From Deltaproteobacteria bacterium (GTDB lineage: Bacteria; Myxococcota_A; UBA796; SXON01), in assembly GCA_014191855.1 (NCBI GenBank), contig BJHF01000016.1, positions 11,020-75,019 of the forward strand: 64,000 bases of DNA, in the 5' to 3' direction. A program made the translations under genes and the position numbers. Shown one piece after another: positions 18,569 to 28,801 of the stretch. Within the stretch, counting starts at the first letter, position 1. Each line of letters starts with the position of its first letter. Below the pieces are notes generated by a model. The model saw only the letters and a list, made by a program, of their open reading frames with translations, was not told the origin of the DNA and ran no database searches.

Positions 18569-21207
18569 GGGCGCTGCGAGAGCCACGCTTCGAACTCGGT
18601 TGGCGGCATGGCTTTGCTGTAGAGCCACCCCTGGGCCTCGTCGCAGCCGATCGTCGTGAGGAAGGCTGCCTATTCCTGGGTTTCGACGCCCTCGGCGATC
18701 ACCTGCAGGCGCAAGGACTTGGCGAGGCTCACGACGGCCTGGGTGATGGCCGCCGCGTCCGCATCGTGGAGCATCTCGCGGACAAAACTCTGGTCGATCT
18801 TCAGCTTGTCGATGGGAAATCGCCGCAGGTAGGCGAGCGAGGAGTACCCGGTACCGAAGTCGTCGATGGAGAGGTGCACCCCGAGCTCCCGGAGCGCGGC
18901 GAGGGTGGTCGCCACGGTGCTCGCCCCGTCCATGACCACGCTCTCCGTCACCTCCAGCTCCAACAGATGCGCCGGAAGGCCCACCGCGGCGAGGGCCTCG
19001 CGCACCTTATCGACGAAATTGGCGGCACGGAACTGGATCACGCTGATGTTCACCGCCACCACCACCGGCCGGCCGGCGTCCAGCCAACGCCGAGCCTGGC
19101 GACACGCCTCGCCGAGCACCCAGTCGCCCAGCGGTACGATCAGCCCGCACGCCTCCGCCACCGGGATGAACGTCACCGGAGACACCGGCCCCCACTCGGG
19201 GTCGGTCCACCGTAGGAGCGCCTCTACCGCCGAGCATCGATTCACCGCCAGCGAGATCTGCGGCTGGTAATGCAGCTCAAGGCGCCCCTGCTCCATCGCG
19301 GCCCGCAAGCGCGACTCGGTGGCGATGCGCTCCGTCGCGCGCGCATCCATGGCGGCACAATAGGTGGCCACGTTTCCGTGACCGAGCCCCTTCGCCTGGT
19401 TGAGCGCCGACTCCGCGCTCTTCAGAAGGTCTGCGGCCGTGATTCCGTCGCTGGGATACTGGGCGATCCCAACACAGGCGGTGAGCGGGAACGGGGAGCG
19501 GAGCGAAGCGGCACCCGGTACCACGACGTGGACGAGCTCGTTGGCCAGCTCCCGCACCTTGGCCATCGGCGTTCCCGACGCCAAAAGGACCAAAAACCGC
19601 TCTCCCCCGAACCGGGCGAGCGTGGCGCCAACCGGGACCGCGAGCTGCAGTCGCTGCCCCACGTCGGCCAGCACCATGTCACCCGCGGCGTGGCCGACCG
19701 TCTGGTTGATGACCATGAACCGGTCGATCCCCACCAGCAACACCGCGAGGCCGGCGGTCGCGCACACCTCGATCTCGCTCGTGAGGCGCGCCTCGAAGCG
19801 TGTGCGGTTCGCGAGCCCCGTCACCGCGTCGAAGTTGGCGAGGTTCTCGATCCGCGCTTCCGCGCGGCGCGTTTCGGTGAGGTCGGCCGAGATGCCGATG
19901 TAGTGGGTGGGGCGCCCTTCGGCGTTGCGTACTTCGGTAATCGAGAGGCGCACCGGGTAGGTTTCCCCGTTCTTCCGCCGATCCCAGAGCTGCCCCTCCC
20001 AGTGGCCATCCCGCGCGAGCACCGCACGCATCTCCTGGTAGTAGCTGGCGTTTTGCAGCCCCGACTTCAGGATGCGGGGCGTTTCCCCGAGGAGCTCCGC
20101 CTCCGAGTAGCCGGTCATCGCCTGGAACGACCGGTTCACCCTCAGGATTCTCTCGTTGACATCCGTGATGATCACCCCTTCCCGGGTGTCCGCAAACACC
20201 TGCGCCGCAAGCGAAACCTCGTCTTCCAGGCGTTTGCGCTCCGTGATGTCCGTCGTGATTCCGATGACCCGCACCACCTCGCCGCGCCGGTTGCAGACCG
20301 CCGAGGCCGCCACCTCCAGCCACCGCAACGCCCCATCCCGTCGGTAAATCCGGAAGGTCGAAACCACGGTTTCGCCTGCGGAGCCAATCCCCGCCACCTC
20401 CGCCTGCACCCGGCCCGCGTCCTCCGGGTGAAGCTGCCGCAGCCAGACCGACGGGTCTGCCCTGAACTCCACAGCGGGAATCCCGCAGATCTCCTCGATC
20501 GCCGGGCTGATGAAGTAGCAAACGCGCAGCGTCGGATCGCCGATCCAGATCGCCTCGTTCATCGCCCCCAGCATGTCCTGGAAACCCTGCTCGGTCTCCG
20601 CGAGGCGCGCCTCGGCCGCTCGCTGCTCCGTGAGATCACGCATCACGGCCAACCTCGCCGCCCGGCCGCGATGGATCACGTTGCGCCACGAGATCTCGAC
20701 GTTCAGTCGCTGCCCGTCCTTGGCCTGGTGGATCCACTCTCCCGCATTGAAGAGCACGTCGCGCTGGGTCGGCGACGTTACAAACCCAGCCTCAAACTTT
20801 CCGATCTCACTCTCCGGTCGAACTTGCCGAACGGTAAGCGCACGAAACTCCTCCCGCGAGTAGCCGTAGCGAGCCACCGCGGCCTCATTCACCTCAAGGA
20901 TGCGGAGGTCGTCGATCGCATACACCCAGGCCGGCAAGGGCGAATCATCGAACAGTCGGCGGTACTCCCGCTCACCAACGAGCGCCGCCTCATGCGCCGC
21001 CTCCATCCGCCGACTCCACCGCGTCAACAGCATGAGCAGTCCCAGCCCGGTGATCACGACAAACAGGGAGCCCTTCCAGGTGCTCACCAGGACCAAAAGC
21101 GGCGTAGATCCAGCCGTCAACGCCGCAGCCACCCGATCGGACGCGGCAATCCACACCAATCCCAAGAGGACGTAGAGGCTCGCAATCCGAAAAGGGGTGT
21201 TCAACAC
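18496..21207 (-). pseudogene. 2TM-PAS-PAS-PAS-GGDEF(degenerate)-EAL phosphodiesterase interrupted by an in-frame TAG at 18670-18672
   Basis: PAS/PAC motifs, GGERF, EALLRW, DDFGTGYSS, EGVETQE-stop-AAFLTTIGCDEAQGWLYSKAMP; start codon uncertain. Confidence 0.8.
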
Positions 21208-21304
21208 GACCAACCAGCGTATCGGTCGGCCCTTAACGAACTGTGGCCGAATGCCGCACGCTCTCGTGTCAACGCGCGGTTGGTACGATGCCTCACGAAG
21301 CCCC

Positions 21305-21351
21305 TTGCCGCACCCCCGGGGCACCGGCTACATGAATGACCATTCATTCAT
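21305..21351 (+). promoter_or_regulatory. Putative sigma70-type promoter overlapped by a TetR/FadR-type palindromic operator
   Basis: TTGCCG (21305) and TACATG (21329); ATGAATGA-CCAT-TCATTCAT at 21332-21351. Confidence 0.7.
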
Positions 21352-21364
21352 TCCTGGGGGATCC

Positions 21365-23185
21365 GTGAGCGCCACCGAGTACACCGTCGACCTTCGAGAC
21401 ATCAAGTTCGTGCTCTTCGAGCAGCTCCGCGTGCACGAGCAGCTCGCCGCCGTTCCCCGATACAAGGATTTTGACAAGGACATGTACGAAGCGGTGCTCG
21501 ACATGGCGGCCGACCTCGCGGTGAACACCATCGCGCCGGTGAACAAGATTGGCGACCGCGAAGGTGTGAAGCTCGACAGTGAGGGCAACGTCACGACACC
21601 CGCCTGCTTCAAACCCGCCTATCAGGCCATCGCCGAGGCCGGACTCGTGGCCGCGTCCACCGATCCCGTCTACGGCGGTCAAGGGCTGCCCCACGTCGTG
21701 GACATCGCAACGCACGAGATGATCTCCGGCGCGGCTACCGCGTTCAACATGTACCCTGGGCTCACTCGGGCGGCGGCGAACCTGCTCACCTGGGAGGGCA
21801 CGCCCACCTGGATCCGGGAAGCAGCGGTGCACCGCATGTTGGGCGGCCAGTGGGGCGGCACGATGTGCCTCACGGAGGCGGGCGCCGGCACGGCGGTGGG
21901 CGACAACCGCGCAAAGGCCTCACCAACGGCGGACCCGAACGTCTTCCACCTCACCGGAGAGAAGGTGTTCATCTCGGGTGGAGACCAGGATCTCACCACG
22001 CAGATCCTCCACCTCATCCTGGCCCGCGCTCCCGACGCCCCCCCCGGAACCAAGGGCCTGTCCATCTTCGTCGTGCCCAAATTCATGTTCGACGCCGAAG
22101 GCAACCTTGGCGCGCGCAACGACGCCAAGGTCGTCGGCATCGAGCACAAGATGGGAATCAACGGAAGCGCAACCTGCACGATCGCCCTGGGCGCCACGGG
22201 CACCTGCGTCGGCTACCTGCTCGGGTCGCTCGGTCAGGGCATGGAGATCATGTTCCGGATGATGAACGAGGCGCGCATCGGCGTCGGCATCCAGAGCCTC
22301 GGCCTCGCCAGCGGCGCCTACCAGAACGCGCTGGCGTACTGCAAGGAGCGCGTGCAGGGCTCGGCGGTGGAGAACTTCCGCGATGCGGACCCGCCGCGCA
22401 TCACCATCAACAAACACCCGGATGTACGCCGCATGCTCATGAGCATGAAGTGCCAGGTGGATGCGATGCGCTCCCTCATCTACAGCGTCGGCAACCGCTT
22501 CGACAAGACACACTACGGCGCGGACACTGAGAAGGAGTACCTGCTCGGCCTCGTGGAGCTGATGACGCCGATCGTGAAGGCGCACTGCTCCGACAAGGCC
22601 TTCGAGGTTTGCGTTACCGCCCTGCAGTGCTTCGGCGGCTACGGATACATCGGCGAATACCCTGCTGAACAGTACGTTCGCGACGCGAAGATCACCTCCA
22701 TCTACGAAGGTACCAACGGCATCCAGGCAATGGATCTGCTTGGCCGCAAGATGCGCAAGGGCCAGGGCATGTTGTTCATGGCGTGGCTCAACGAGGCGAA
22801 CGAGGAGCTGGAGCGCTGCCGGGCGGTGGGACCGCTGGCCGAGGAGGTCGCCGCGCTCGAGCGCGGCCGCGATCAGCTCGGCCAAACCGCAATGCACCTC
22901 GGCATGGTGGGCGGGCAGGGCAATCTCCGCGGCGCGATGCTCCAGGCCACCCCATTCCTGGAGCTCTTCGGCACGGTCGTGCTCGGCCTGCACAGCATCT
23001 GGCAGGCGCGCGTGGCGCAGGAAGCCATCCAGAGCGGCGCCACCGGCGCCGACCTCCAGTTCTACAAAGGGAAGGTGGCCAACGCCCGCTTCTACATGAA
23101 GAACGTGCTGCCGCGGGCAACGGCGATGTCGAAGGCGATCCAGGCGGGAGACGAGAGCTGCCTCGAAGAGGGGCTGTTCGAGTAG
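21365..23185 (+). CDS. Acyl-CoA dehydrogenase (long, FadE5/DmdC-like), 606 aa
   Basis: GTMCLTE, GEKVFISGG, IEHKMGI, MMNEAR, FGGYGY, IYEGTNGIQAMDL. Confidence 0.95.
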   Translation: MSATEYTVDLRDIKFVLFEQLRVHEQLAAVPRYKDFDKDMYEAVLDMAADLAVNTIAPVNKIGDREGVKLDSEGNVTTPACFKPAYQAIAEAGLVAASTDPVYGGQGLPHVVDIATHEMISGAATAFNMYPGLTRAAANLLTWEGTPTWIREAAVHRMLGGQWGGTMCLTEAGAGTAVGDNRAKASPTADPNVFHLTGEKVFISGGDQDLTTQILHLILARAPDAPPGTKGLSIFVVPKFMFDAEGNLGARNDAKVVGIEHKMGINGSATCTIALGATGTCVGYLLGSLGQGMEIMFRMMNEARIGVGIQSLGLASGAYQNALAYCKERVQGSAVENFRDADPPRITINKHPDVRRMLMSMKCQVDAMRSLIYSVGNRFDKTHYGADTEKEYLLGLVELMTPIVKAHCSDKAFEVCVTALQCFGGYGYIGEYPAEQYVRDAKITSIYEGTNGIQAMDLLGRKMRKGQGMLFMAWLNEANEELERCRAVGPLAEEVAALERGRDQLGQTAMHLGMVGGQGNLRGAMLQATPFLELFGTVVLGLHSIWQARVAQEAIQSGATGADLQFYKGKVANARFYMKNVLPRATAMSKAIQAGDESCLEEGLFE

Positions 23186-23198
23186 GGGCGGCCCGCCC

Positions 23199-24335
23199 TC
23201 ACGCCGTAGCCAGCACCGCCTCCGCCGGGATCGCCTCGCCGCTCGTGAAGTCGCGACGCAAGGCGCGCGCGGCGCTGAGACTGTCGTCGAGGCCCGCCGC
23301 GGCGCGGGCCTCCCGCAGCAGGCGGCGTTCCGCGCGTGCGAGCCGGCCGTCCAACACGGTGGCGATCGTGAGGCAGCGCACGACGGTTTTCTGCTCCTCG
23401 GGGGGGAGCCCGGCGAGCGCGGTCAGAAACCGATCCGGCCGATCGAGCACGGTTCCAGCCTCCGGGGGGCCGAGATGGAGGCGGAGCAGGCGCATCATCC
23501 CCACGAGGTTCGGGTGCATGTCCCGCTTCCGCACCACGGCGGCCCCCACCGACTTGTGGAGGACCGCCTTGCACGCCGCGGATGGCTCGGGGTTCGCCGC
23601 GAGCACCACGGCCAGCATCTCCTCGGCGGCAGACGGGCCGAGCACGCGAATCCGCGCCTCCCGGATCACCAACCACGCCACGATGGCGTTCCATGCGGCG
23701 TTTACGGGGATGGCGGTGAACGCCAGCAGGTACCGAGTGGCGGCCCGACCGAGCGCGCGCCGCACCACTGCCTTGAACACGAAGTTCGAGACGGCGACCT
23801 TGGCTTTATAGGCCAGAGACGCAAAGAGCAGTTGCACCCGGCTCGCCTCTCGCTGCGGGTTCACGCCAAAGCTCGGGTCCAGCGGCGTCGGAAGCTCCAG
23901 CGCCGCCCTGGCCAGGGCCACCGCGGTGTCGTGCGATTCGTCCCCGTGCAGCAGGAGGCCCGCGGCGTGGGCCAGCTCCCGCACCGCGGCGAGGCTGCTC
24001 CAGTAGAGAAACGCGATCTCGGTCGCGGAAACGAGCGCCATGGCGGCACCGAAAACGCCCCAGAACCTGAATAGTTGCTCCGAGGAGGCGGGCACCTCCT
24101 CCGGCCCGAGGAGCGGATGCGCCGCGATCTCGGCCGCCGCGCACACCAATGCGGCGAGCACGCCTGCCAGGCCGGCGCGAATCACCGCGACCCGCTCGAT
24201 CCGCAGGAGCTCAGCTCGCTCGCGTTCATTGAGAACGTGCACCGCGTCGCCTCCCTCGGAAGCCGGCCGCGCGCTCGCGCCCCGCACCACGTTGGCGCCG
24301 ACACGCTCCAGGAACTTGAGGGGAGGCTTCGCCAT
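23199..24335 (-). CDS. Hypothetical membrane protein, 378 aa
   Basis: Several hydrophobic helices; TGATG coupling with the upstream gene; C-terminus weakly TerB-like. Confidence 0.7.
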   Translation of the reverse strand: MAKPPLKFLERVGANVVRGASARPASEGGDAVHVLNERERAELLRIERVAVIRAGLAGVLAALVCAAAEIAAHPLLGPEEVPASSEQLFRFWGVFGAAMALVSATEIAFLYWSSLAAVRELAHAAGLLLHGDESHDTAVALARAALELPTPLDPSFGVNPQREASRVQLLFASLAYKAKVAVSNFVFKAVVRRALGRAATRYLLAFTAIPVNAAWNAIVAWLVIREARIRVLGPSAAEEMLAVVLAANPEPSAACKAVLHKSVGAAVVRKRDMHPNLVGMMRLLRLHLGPPEAGTVLDRPDRFLTALAGLPPEEQKTVVRCLTIATVLDGRLARAERRLLREARAAAGLDDSLSAARALRRDFTSGEAIPAEAVLATA

Positions 24336-24970
24336 CACCCCATCGCGACCATGAACGCCCGGACCGTGTACACCGCGCCAACGACGCCGCTCAGGACCAT
24401 CGCCCCATAGAACCCGCGCTTGAGCCCGGGCGCGTGCATCACGAGGCTCACTGCCCCGAGCACCAGGCCCATCTGGAGCCAGAGCGTAGACATGTCGAAC
24501 AGGTCGCCGGCCGCACCGAGGGTCGCCAGCGTTGCCTCCCACACCTTCGTGCCGACGATCTGGCCCTTTACGCCGTTCTGCTCCAACACCTGCCCCTCGG
24601 GCCCCACCGCTGCCGACCCTTCGAGGATCTCCTTCTTCTCCTTGTCATACCTGGCGCTATCCGCAGCACCCGCGGCGATCCGCTCCTGCAACGGCGCCGT
24701 TCCTTGCGGCGCGATCAGGCCTGCGTCGAGCAGCGACTGCAGCAAGTCGCCCTGCTGCTCCACGACCGCCTGCTTGATACTTTTGGACTGGTACCACTGG
24801 TACAACGAGGCCTTCTCGTTCGCCCCGATGATCTCGTCGTCGCCGTACTTTCCGCCCCCGAGATCGGAGACGGCAAGTACGGCGGCGAACACGGCGAGCG
24901 TGAGCCCGGAGAGCAGCTCGAATCGGCGGGCACTGGCCTCCGCGGCAGCGGACGAATCTTCGGCGGACAT
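24335..24970 (-). CDS. DUF4337-like membrane protein, 211 aa
   Basis: N-terminal TM, WYQSKSIKQ motif, coiled region, two C-terminal TMs. Confidence 0.75.
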   Translation of the reverse strand: MSAEDSSAAAEASARRFELLSGLTLAVFAAVLAVSDLGGGKYGDDEIIGANEKASLYQWYQSKSIKQAVVEQQGDLLQSLLDAGLIAPQGTAPLQERIAAGAADSARYDKEKKEILEGSAAVGPEGQVLEQNGVKGQIVGTKVWEATLATLGAAGDLFDMSTLWLQMGLVLGAVSLVMHAPGLKRGFYGAMVLSGVVGAVYTVRAFMVAMG

Positions 24971-25063
24971 GGGAACCTCGGGGAGGACGCTACATAACGG
25001 GCGGGGCCGCGCAGTCTGCGCGCAGGTGTGGAGGCCCCGACGCCCCGGCGCTATGCTGCGGCG

Positions 25064-26308
25064 ATGCTCGCCTTGCTCCTCGCCTGCTCCACCGAAGCGC
25101 CCAACCCTGAACCGGGGGACACGGCGCCGGTAGAAAACCCCGACACCCTCCCGGGAACGGAGGACACGGGCGAGGCGCCGGACTCGGGGATCGACGAAGA
25201 CGACACGGCCGACGACCCCGAGCTCGAAGCCGCCGCCGCCGAAACGTTCTACACCTTCGGCGTGCTCCAGGAGGTGCGCCTCGCGCTGACGCAAGAGACC
25301 ATCGACGCCCTGGACAAACAAGCCCGCCGCGGGGAAGCCGAGTATCTATCCGGAGATGTAACGATCAACGGAACGGCGTTCACCAACGTAGGGGTGCGGA
25401 TCAAGGGCTCCTCCACGCTGCGCAACTTCGACGACAAGCCCTCGCTGAAGATCAAGCTCAACGCCTTCGTGCCCGATCAGGACTACGCCGGGCTCGAGCG
25501 GATCACGCTCAACAACATGGTGGAAGACAACACCCAGATGAAGGAGGTGATGGTCTACAAAATCTTCCGCGAAGCCGGGATCTACACCTCGCGCGCGAAC
25601 CACGCCGCGCTCTACGTGAACGATGAGCTGTACGGCCTCTACACCAACCTCGAAACCATGGATGACCACTGGTTGGAGGCCCGGTATTCCGATCCGAGCG
25701 GCGAGTTGTTCGAAGCAAACGACAACGCCGACTTCACCCGGAGCGGCGTCGCCTACTGGGAGAGCGCGAGCGGCACCGGGGACACGACGCAGCTCGACGC
25801 CGTGTCCGACGCCATCCGCGGGGCGGGCGCCAACTACGCCGACGACCTCCGGCTCTACGCCGACATGGACCAGTTCTACGCCTTCTGGGCCTGGAGTCTC
25901 CTCGTGGGCGATGTCGACGGCTACCCCTACACCCTCAACGACTGCTACGTGTACGCCGACCCGGCGGATGGCAACCGCTTCCAGTTCTACCCCTGGGGCG
26001 TAGACGAGAGCTGGTACTCCGGCGCGCCCGGCTACTGGAACTACGCCACAGGCGCGCTGGCCGCCGGGTGCCTCGACAACGACACCTGCAAAGCCGAGTT
26101 CGTCGCGAGCATGGAGGCGCAGCTCCTCGTGTATGACACCCTGCCGATCGCCGACTGGTACGCCGCCGACGCCGCCACGTCGGCGGCCACCCTCGCCGCC
26201 GACCCGCGCCGAACCTTCAGCCAGTCCACGGTCGCCAGCGCTCGTAGTCAGCTCCTCGCCGACATCGCCGCGTGGCCGGGCCGCATCCGCGAGGCGATGC
26301 GGCTGTAG
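25064..26308 (+). CDS. CotH kinase-family lipoprotein, 414 aa
   Basis: MLALLLAC; VGVRIKGSS, KPSLKIKL, LNN..D, YGLY..LE, PWGVD. Confidence 0.85.
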   Translation: MLALLLACSTEAPNPEPGDTAPVENPDTLPGTEDTGEAPDSGIDEDDTADDPELEAAAAETFYTFGVLQEVRLALTQETIDALDKQARRGEAEYLSGDVTINGTAFTNVGVRIKGSSTLRNFDDKPSLKIKLNAFVPDQDYAGLERITLNNMVEDNTQMKEVMVYKIFREAGIYTSRANHAALYVNDELYGLYTNLETMDDHWLEARYSDPSGELFEANDNADFTRSGVAYWESASGTGDTTQLDAVSDAIRGAGANYADDLRLYADMDQFYAFWAWSLLVGDVDGYPYTLNDCYVYADPADGNRFQFYPWGVDESWYSGAPGYWNYATGALAAGCLDNDTCKAEFVASMEAQLLVYDTLPIADWYAADAATSAATLAADPRRTFSQSTVASARSQLLADIAAWPGRIREAMRL

Positions 26309-26327
26309 AGGCGCGTTACACGCGAAC

Positions 26328-26690
26328 ATGCTGCTGCTCGTCTCGCTTGGATTGCTCGCCTTGCTCTTCGTGGCGGGAGGCGTAAATCACTTCGTAAACC
26401 CGAAGTTCTACCTCTCGATGATGCCCGACTACCTGCCGGCGCACGCGATGCTGGTGCAGGTCAGCGGCGTGTTCGAGGTGCTCGGCGGCATCGGCATCCT
26501 CGTGCCGGCAACCCGGTACTACGCGGGCCTCGGGCTGCTCGCGCTGCTGGTCGCGGTGTTCCCGGCGAACCTGAACATGGCCCTGCACCCTGATAAATTC
26601 CCGGGTGTGCCGGTCTGGGGCTTGTACGTTCGCCTTCCGCTCCAGGCCGTCTTGATGGCGTGGGTGTACTGGGCGACACGGCGGGGGTGA
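26328..26690 (+). CDS. DoxX/MauE-like membrane protein, 120 aa
   Basis: AGGVNHF, SGVFEV, VFPANL, RLPLQ motifs; four TMs. Confidence 0.8.
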   Translation: MLLLVSLGLLALLFVAGGVNHFVNPKFYLSMMPDYLPAHAMLVQVSGVFEVLGGIGILVPATRYYAGLGLLALLVAVFPANLNMALHPDKFPGVPVWGLYVRLPLQAVLMAWVYWATRRG

Positions 26691-26718
26691 GCCGACTCAG
26701 GGCTTCGCCGCGCCCGCC

Positions 26719-27861
26719 CTACTCCTCGATCGTCGTCTCAAACAGCCCCGCCAACGCGGTGTGGCCGGCGTCGTTGGGGTGGAAACACGACTCGTCGAAG
26801 TACAATTCGGTGTCCGGGCCGCGGTAGCAGACGTTGCTCGCGTCGGCCCGGTTGTACCCGTGCCCGCAGAAGGTCTCGCCGAGGAAGATCATGTCGGTGT
26901 TCGTGTCCACCGCGATCCGCAGCATCTCCTCCTGCATCCAGGCGATCCGCTCCTCGATGCTGGGGTTTGCGAGATCGTAGTGGTACCCCACAAAGTCGGC
27001 GCCGGGGCAGGCATCTACGTCCCCTTCGCCGTCGGTGAACTCGTAGAGGTTGGCGAACACCACGTACATCTGGCCGGGGAACCGAGCCTTGTCCGTCGTG
27101 ATCCAAGTCACCGCGTCCCGCAGGTTCTGCATTTCCTCTTCAGTGGAGGCGATCAGGGTTTCGTCGGGGATGCCTTCATAATAATCATCGGCCAACGAGA
27201 ACAGATCGTTCCCGCCCACGGTCATCACCACGAGCGTCGTAAGGCCTGCCTTGTCCTCGGGGATGCAGTCGATCACCTGGTCGTTGTCCTGCACGAGGTC
27301 GTCGGTGCGGCCGCCGTACTTGGCGCACACCGCAAAGTCGCCCGACTCCATCTCGTACCCGGTGCCGTTGAGCACGTCGTACCAGCCCCAGAGGTACTCG
27401 GGCGCGTCGAGACCCCACTTGGCCACCGCCCAGGCGGTAACCTGGTTGCGATAGAAGGATTCCACCGTGTTCGGCGGCGTACCCACCGTTACGCTGTCCC
27501 CAAGAAACACCACCCGTTCAACGCCTTCGATCTCCTGGTGGTCGGTGCCCGTGCAGCCGGTATTGATCGTCGCCCCGACGGAAAAATAATCCGGCGTGTC
27601 GGGGAAGCCGTTCCCCAGCGCCAATCGCTCCAGGCAGGTCAACTCCTCCACTTCGCCGCTGTCGGCGGTATCCGCGCTGTCGGCGCTCCCCGCGGTGTCG
27701 CCGCTGTCCACCGACTCCCCCGTTTCGCCCGCTGAAGAATCGCCAGTGTCCACCGAGGCGGTGTCGCCGCTGTCGGCCGCGGCCGAGTCCACCCCCGCCA
27801 CCGCATCGGCAGGCTCCGCGTCGTCTGGACAGGCAAAAAGGGCCAACATGAACGGGATCAT
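26719..27861 (-). CDS. SGNH/GDSL hydrolase lipoprotein, 380 aa
   Basis: LALFAC lipobox, D/S/T-rich linker, GDSVT, GGND, FHPNDAGH. Confidence 0.85.
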   Translation of the reverse strand: MIPFMLALFACPDDAEPADAVAGVDSAAADSGDTASVDTGDSSAGETGESVDSGDTAGSADSADTADSGEVEELTCLERLALGNGFPDTPDYFSVGATINTGCTGTDHQEIEGVERVVFLGDSVTVGTPPNTVESFYRNQVTAWAVAKWGLDAPEYLWGWYDVLNGTGYEMESGDFAVCAKYGGRTDDLVQDNDQVIDCIPEDKAGLTTLVVMTVGGNDLFSLADDYYEGIPDETLIASTEEEMQNLRDAVTWITTDKARFPGQMYVVFANLYEFTDGEGDVDACPGADFVGYHYDLANPSIEERIAWMQEEMLRIAVDTNTDMIFLGETFCGHGYNRADASNVCYRGPDTELYFDESCFHPNDAGHTALAGLFETTIEE

Positions 27862-27914
27862 GGCGCCGAGTCTACCGCCTCCTTGCCCGCTGTTTCAAGG
27901 GGCTCCGAGCCGAA

Positions 27915-28793
27915 TCAACACCCGCACACACACATCCCGAATTGCGAAAGCGCCCGGCTCGAACCGTCGGGCGCCACGAGGAACTCCCCGCCCCACCACG
28001 CCAGCCGCAGCTCCGGGAGGTGGTCGCCATCCGTGTCCACGGCGCCCACGATCTCGGCCAGATCGTCGCGTTCGTGCTTGAACAACACCGCCCCGTCGTC
28101 GGCAACGGCTACGATCCACCGGGCGTAGAACTCGTCGCCGCCGCAGTAATTCCGCCCGTCGCCGCTCATCACGGCCGTGTCCACCACGGTCACGGCGCCG
28201 AAACCAAAGACGTAGCGATCAACCTGGGTGCTCTCGGCGGTGTCCACGCCAGCCGCCACCGCTGCGTCGGCGGCGGCGGCCTGGGCGGCGGCCCATTCTG
28301 GCAACGAACGGACCACCGCTTCGGCCCGGGCAGCCTGCTCATCCACCACCCGCTCGCGCGTCGGCGCGAGAATCGCCGGCGCCAACCCCGGATTCGCCAG
28401 CTCCTCGCTGGTCTCCCCCTCACAACGCAGGCGCGCGTACAGCAGCGGGGTCCCGCACCCGGGCGCCGTGGGCGCCTCGATCCGGTTCCCCTCCCCGTCC
28501 ACATAAACATCCAGATACTCTTCGACGACCGCCGCATATCCGTCTACCCGGCACTCCACATCGCCCACCCGCCACGCGGTGCCGATCGCCCGCGTAGCAT
28601 CGACGTCCGCGGTGCTCGCCACCCATTGATCCGGGCCGGTCCCAACCTGCGCCCAGTCTCCGCTGGGCGTCGCGCCGCCCAAACCCACCAGGTAGTCGCG
28701 ACCGGCCAGGGAAACGACGCGCGCCGGATCGGCCTCCACCGGGACCGGGGGTTGCAGGCCCCGATCGTTGCAGCCGAGCAAGAAAAGCACCAT
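27915..28793 (-). CDS. Hypothetical lipoprotein ending in CVCGC, 292 aa
   Basis: MVLFLLGC start 8 nt after the upstream stop; Cys-rich C-terminus. Confidence 0.7.
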   Translation of the reverse strand: MVLFLLGCNDRGLQPPVPVEADPARVVSLAGRDYLVGLGGATPSGDWAQVGTGPDQWVASTADVDATRAIGTAWRVGDVECRVDGYAAVVEEYLDVYVDGEGNRIEAPTAPGCGTPLLYARLRCEGETSEELANPGLAPAILAPTRERVVDEQAARAEAVVRSLPEWAAAQAAAADAAVAAGVDTAESTQVDRYVFGFGAVTVVDTAVMSGDGRNYCGGDEFYARWIVAVADDGAVLFKHERDDLAEIVGAVDTDGDHLPELRLAWWGGEFLVAPDGSSRALSQFGMCVCGC

Positions 28794-28801
28794 CAACCCA
28801 C

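Noticed and set aside
18670-18672. Genome-wide TAG recoding or pyrrolysine
   Set aside because: Many genes end at TAG at their expected C-termini; no pyl genes in the window
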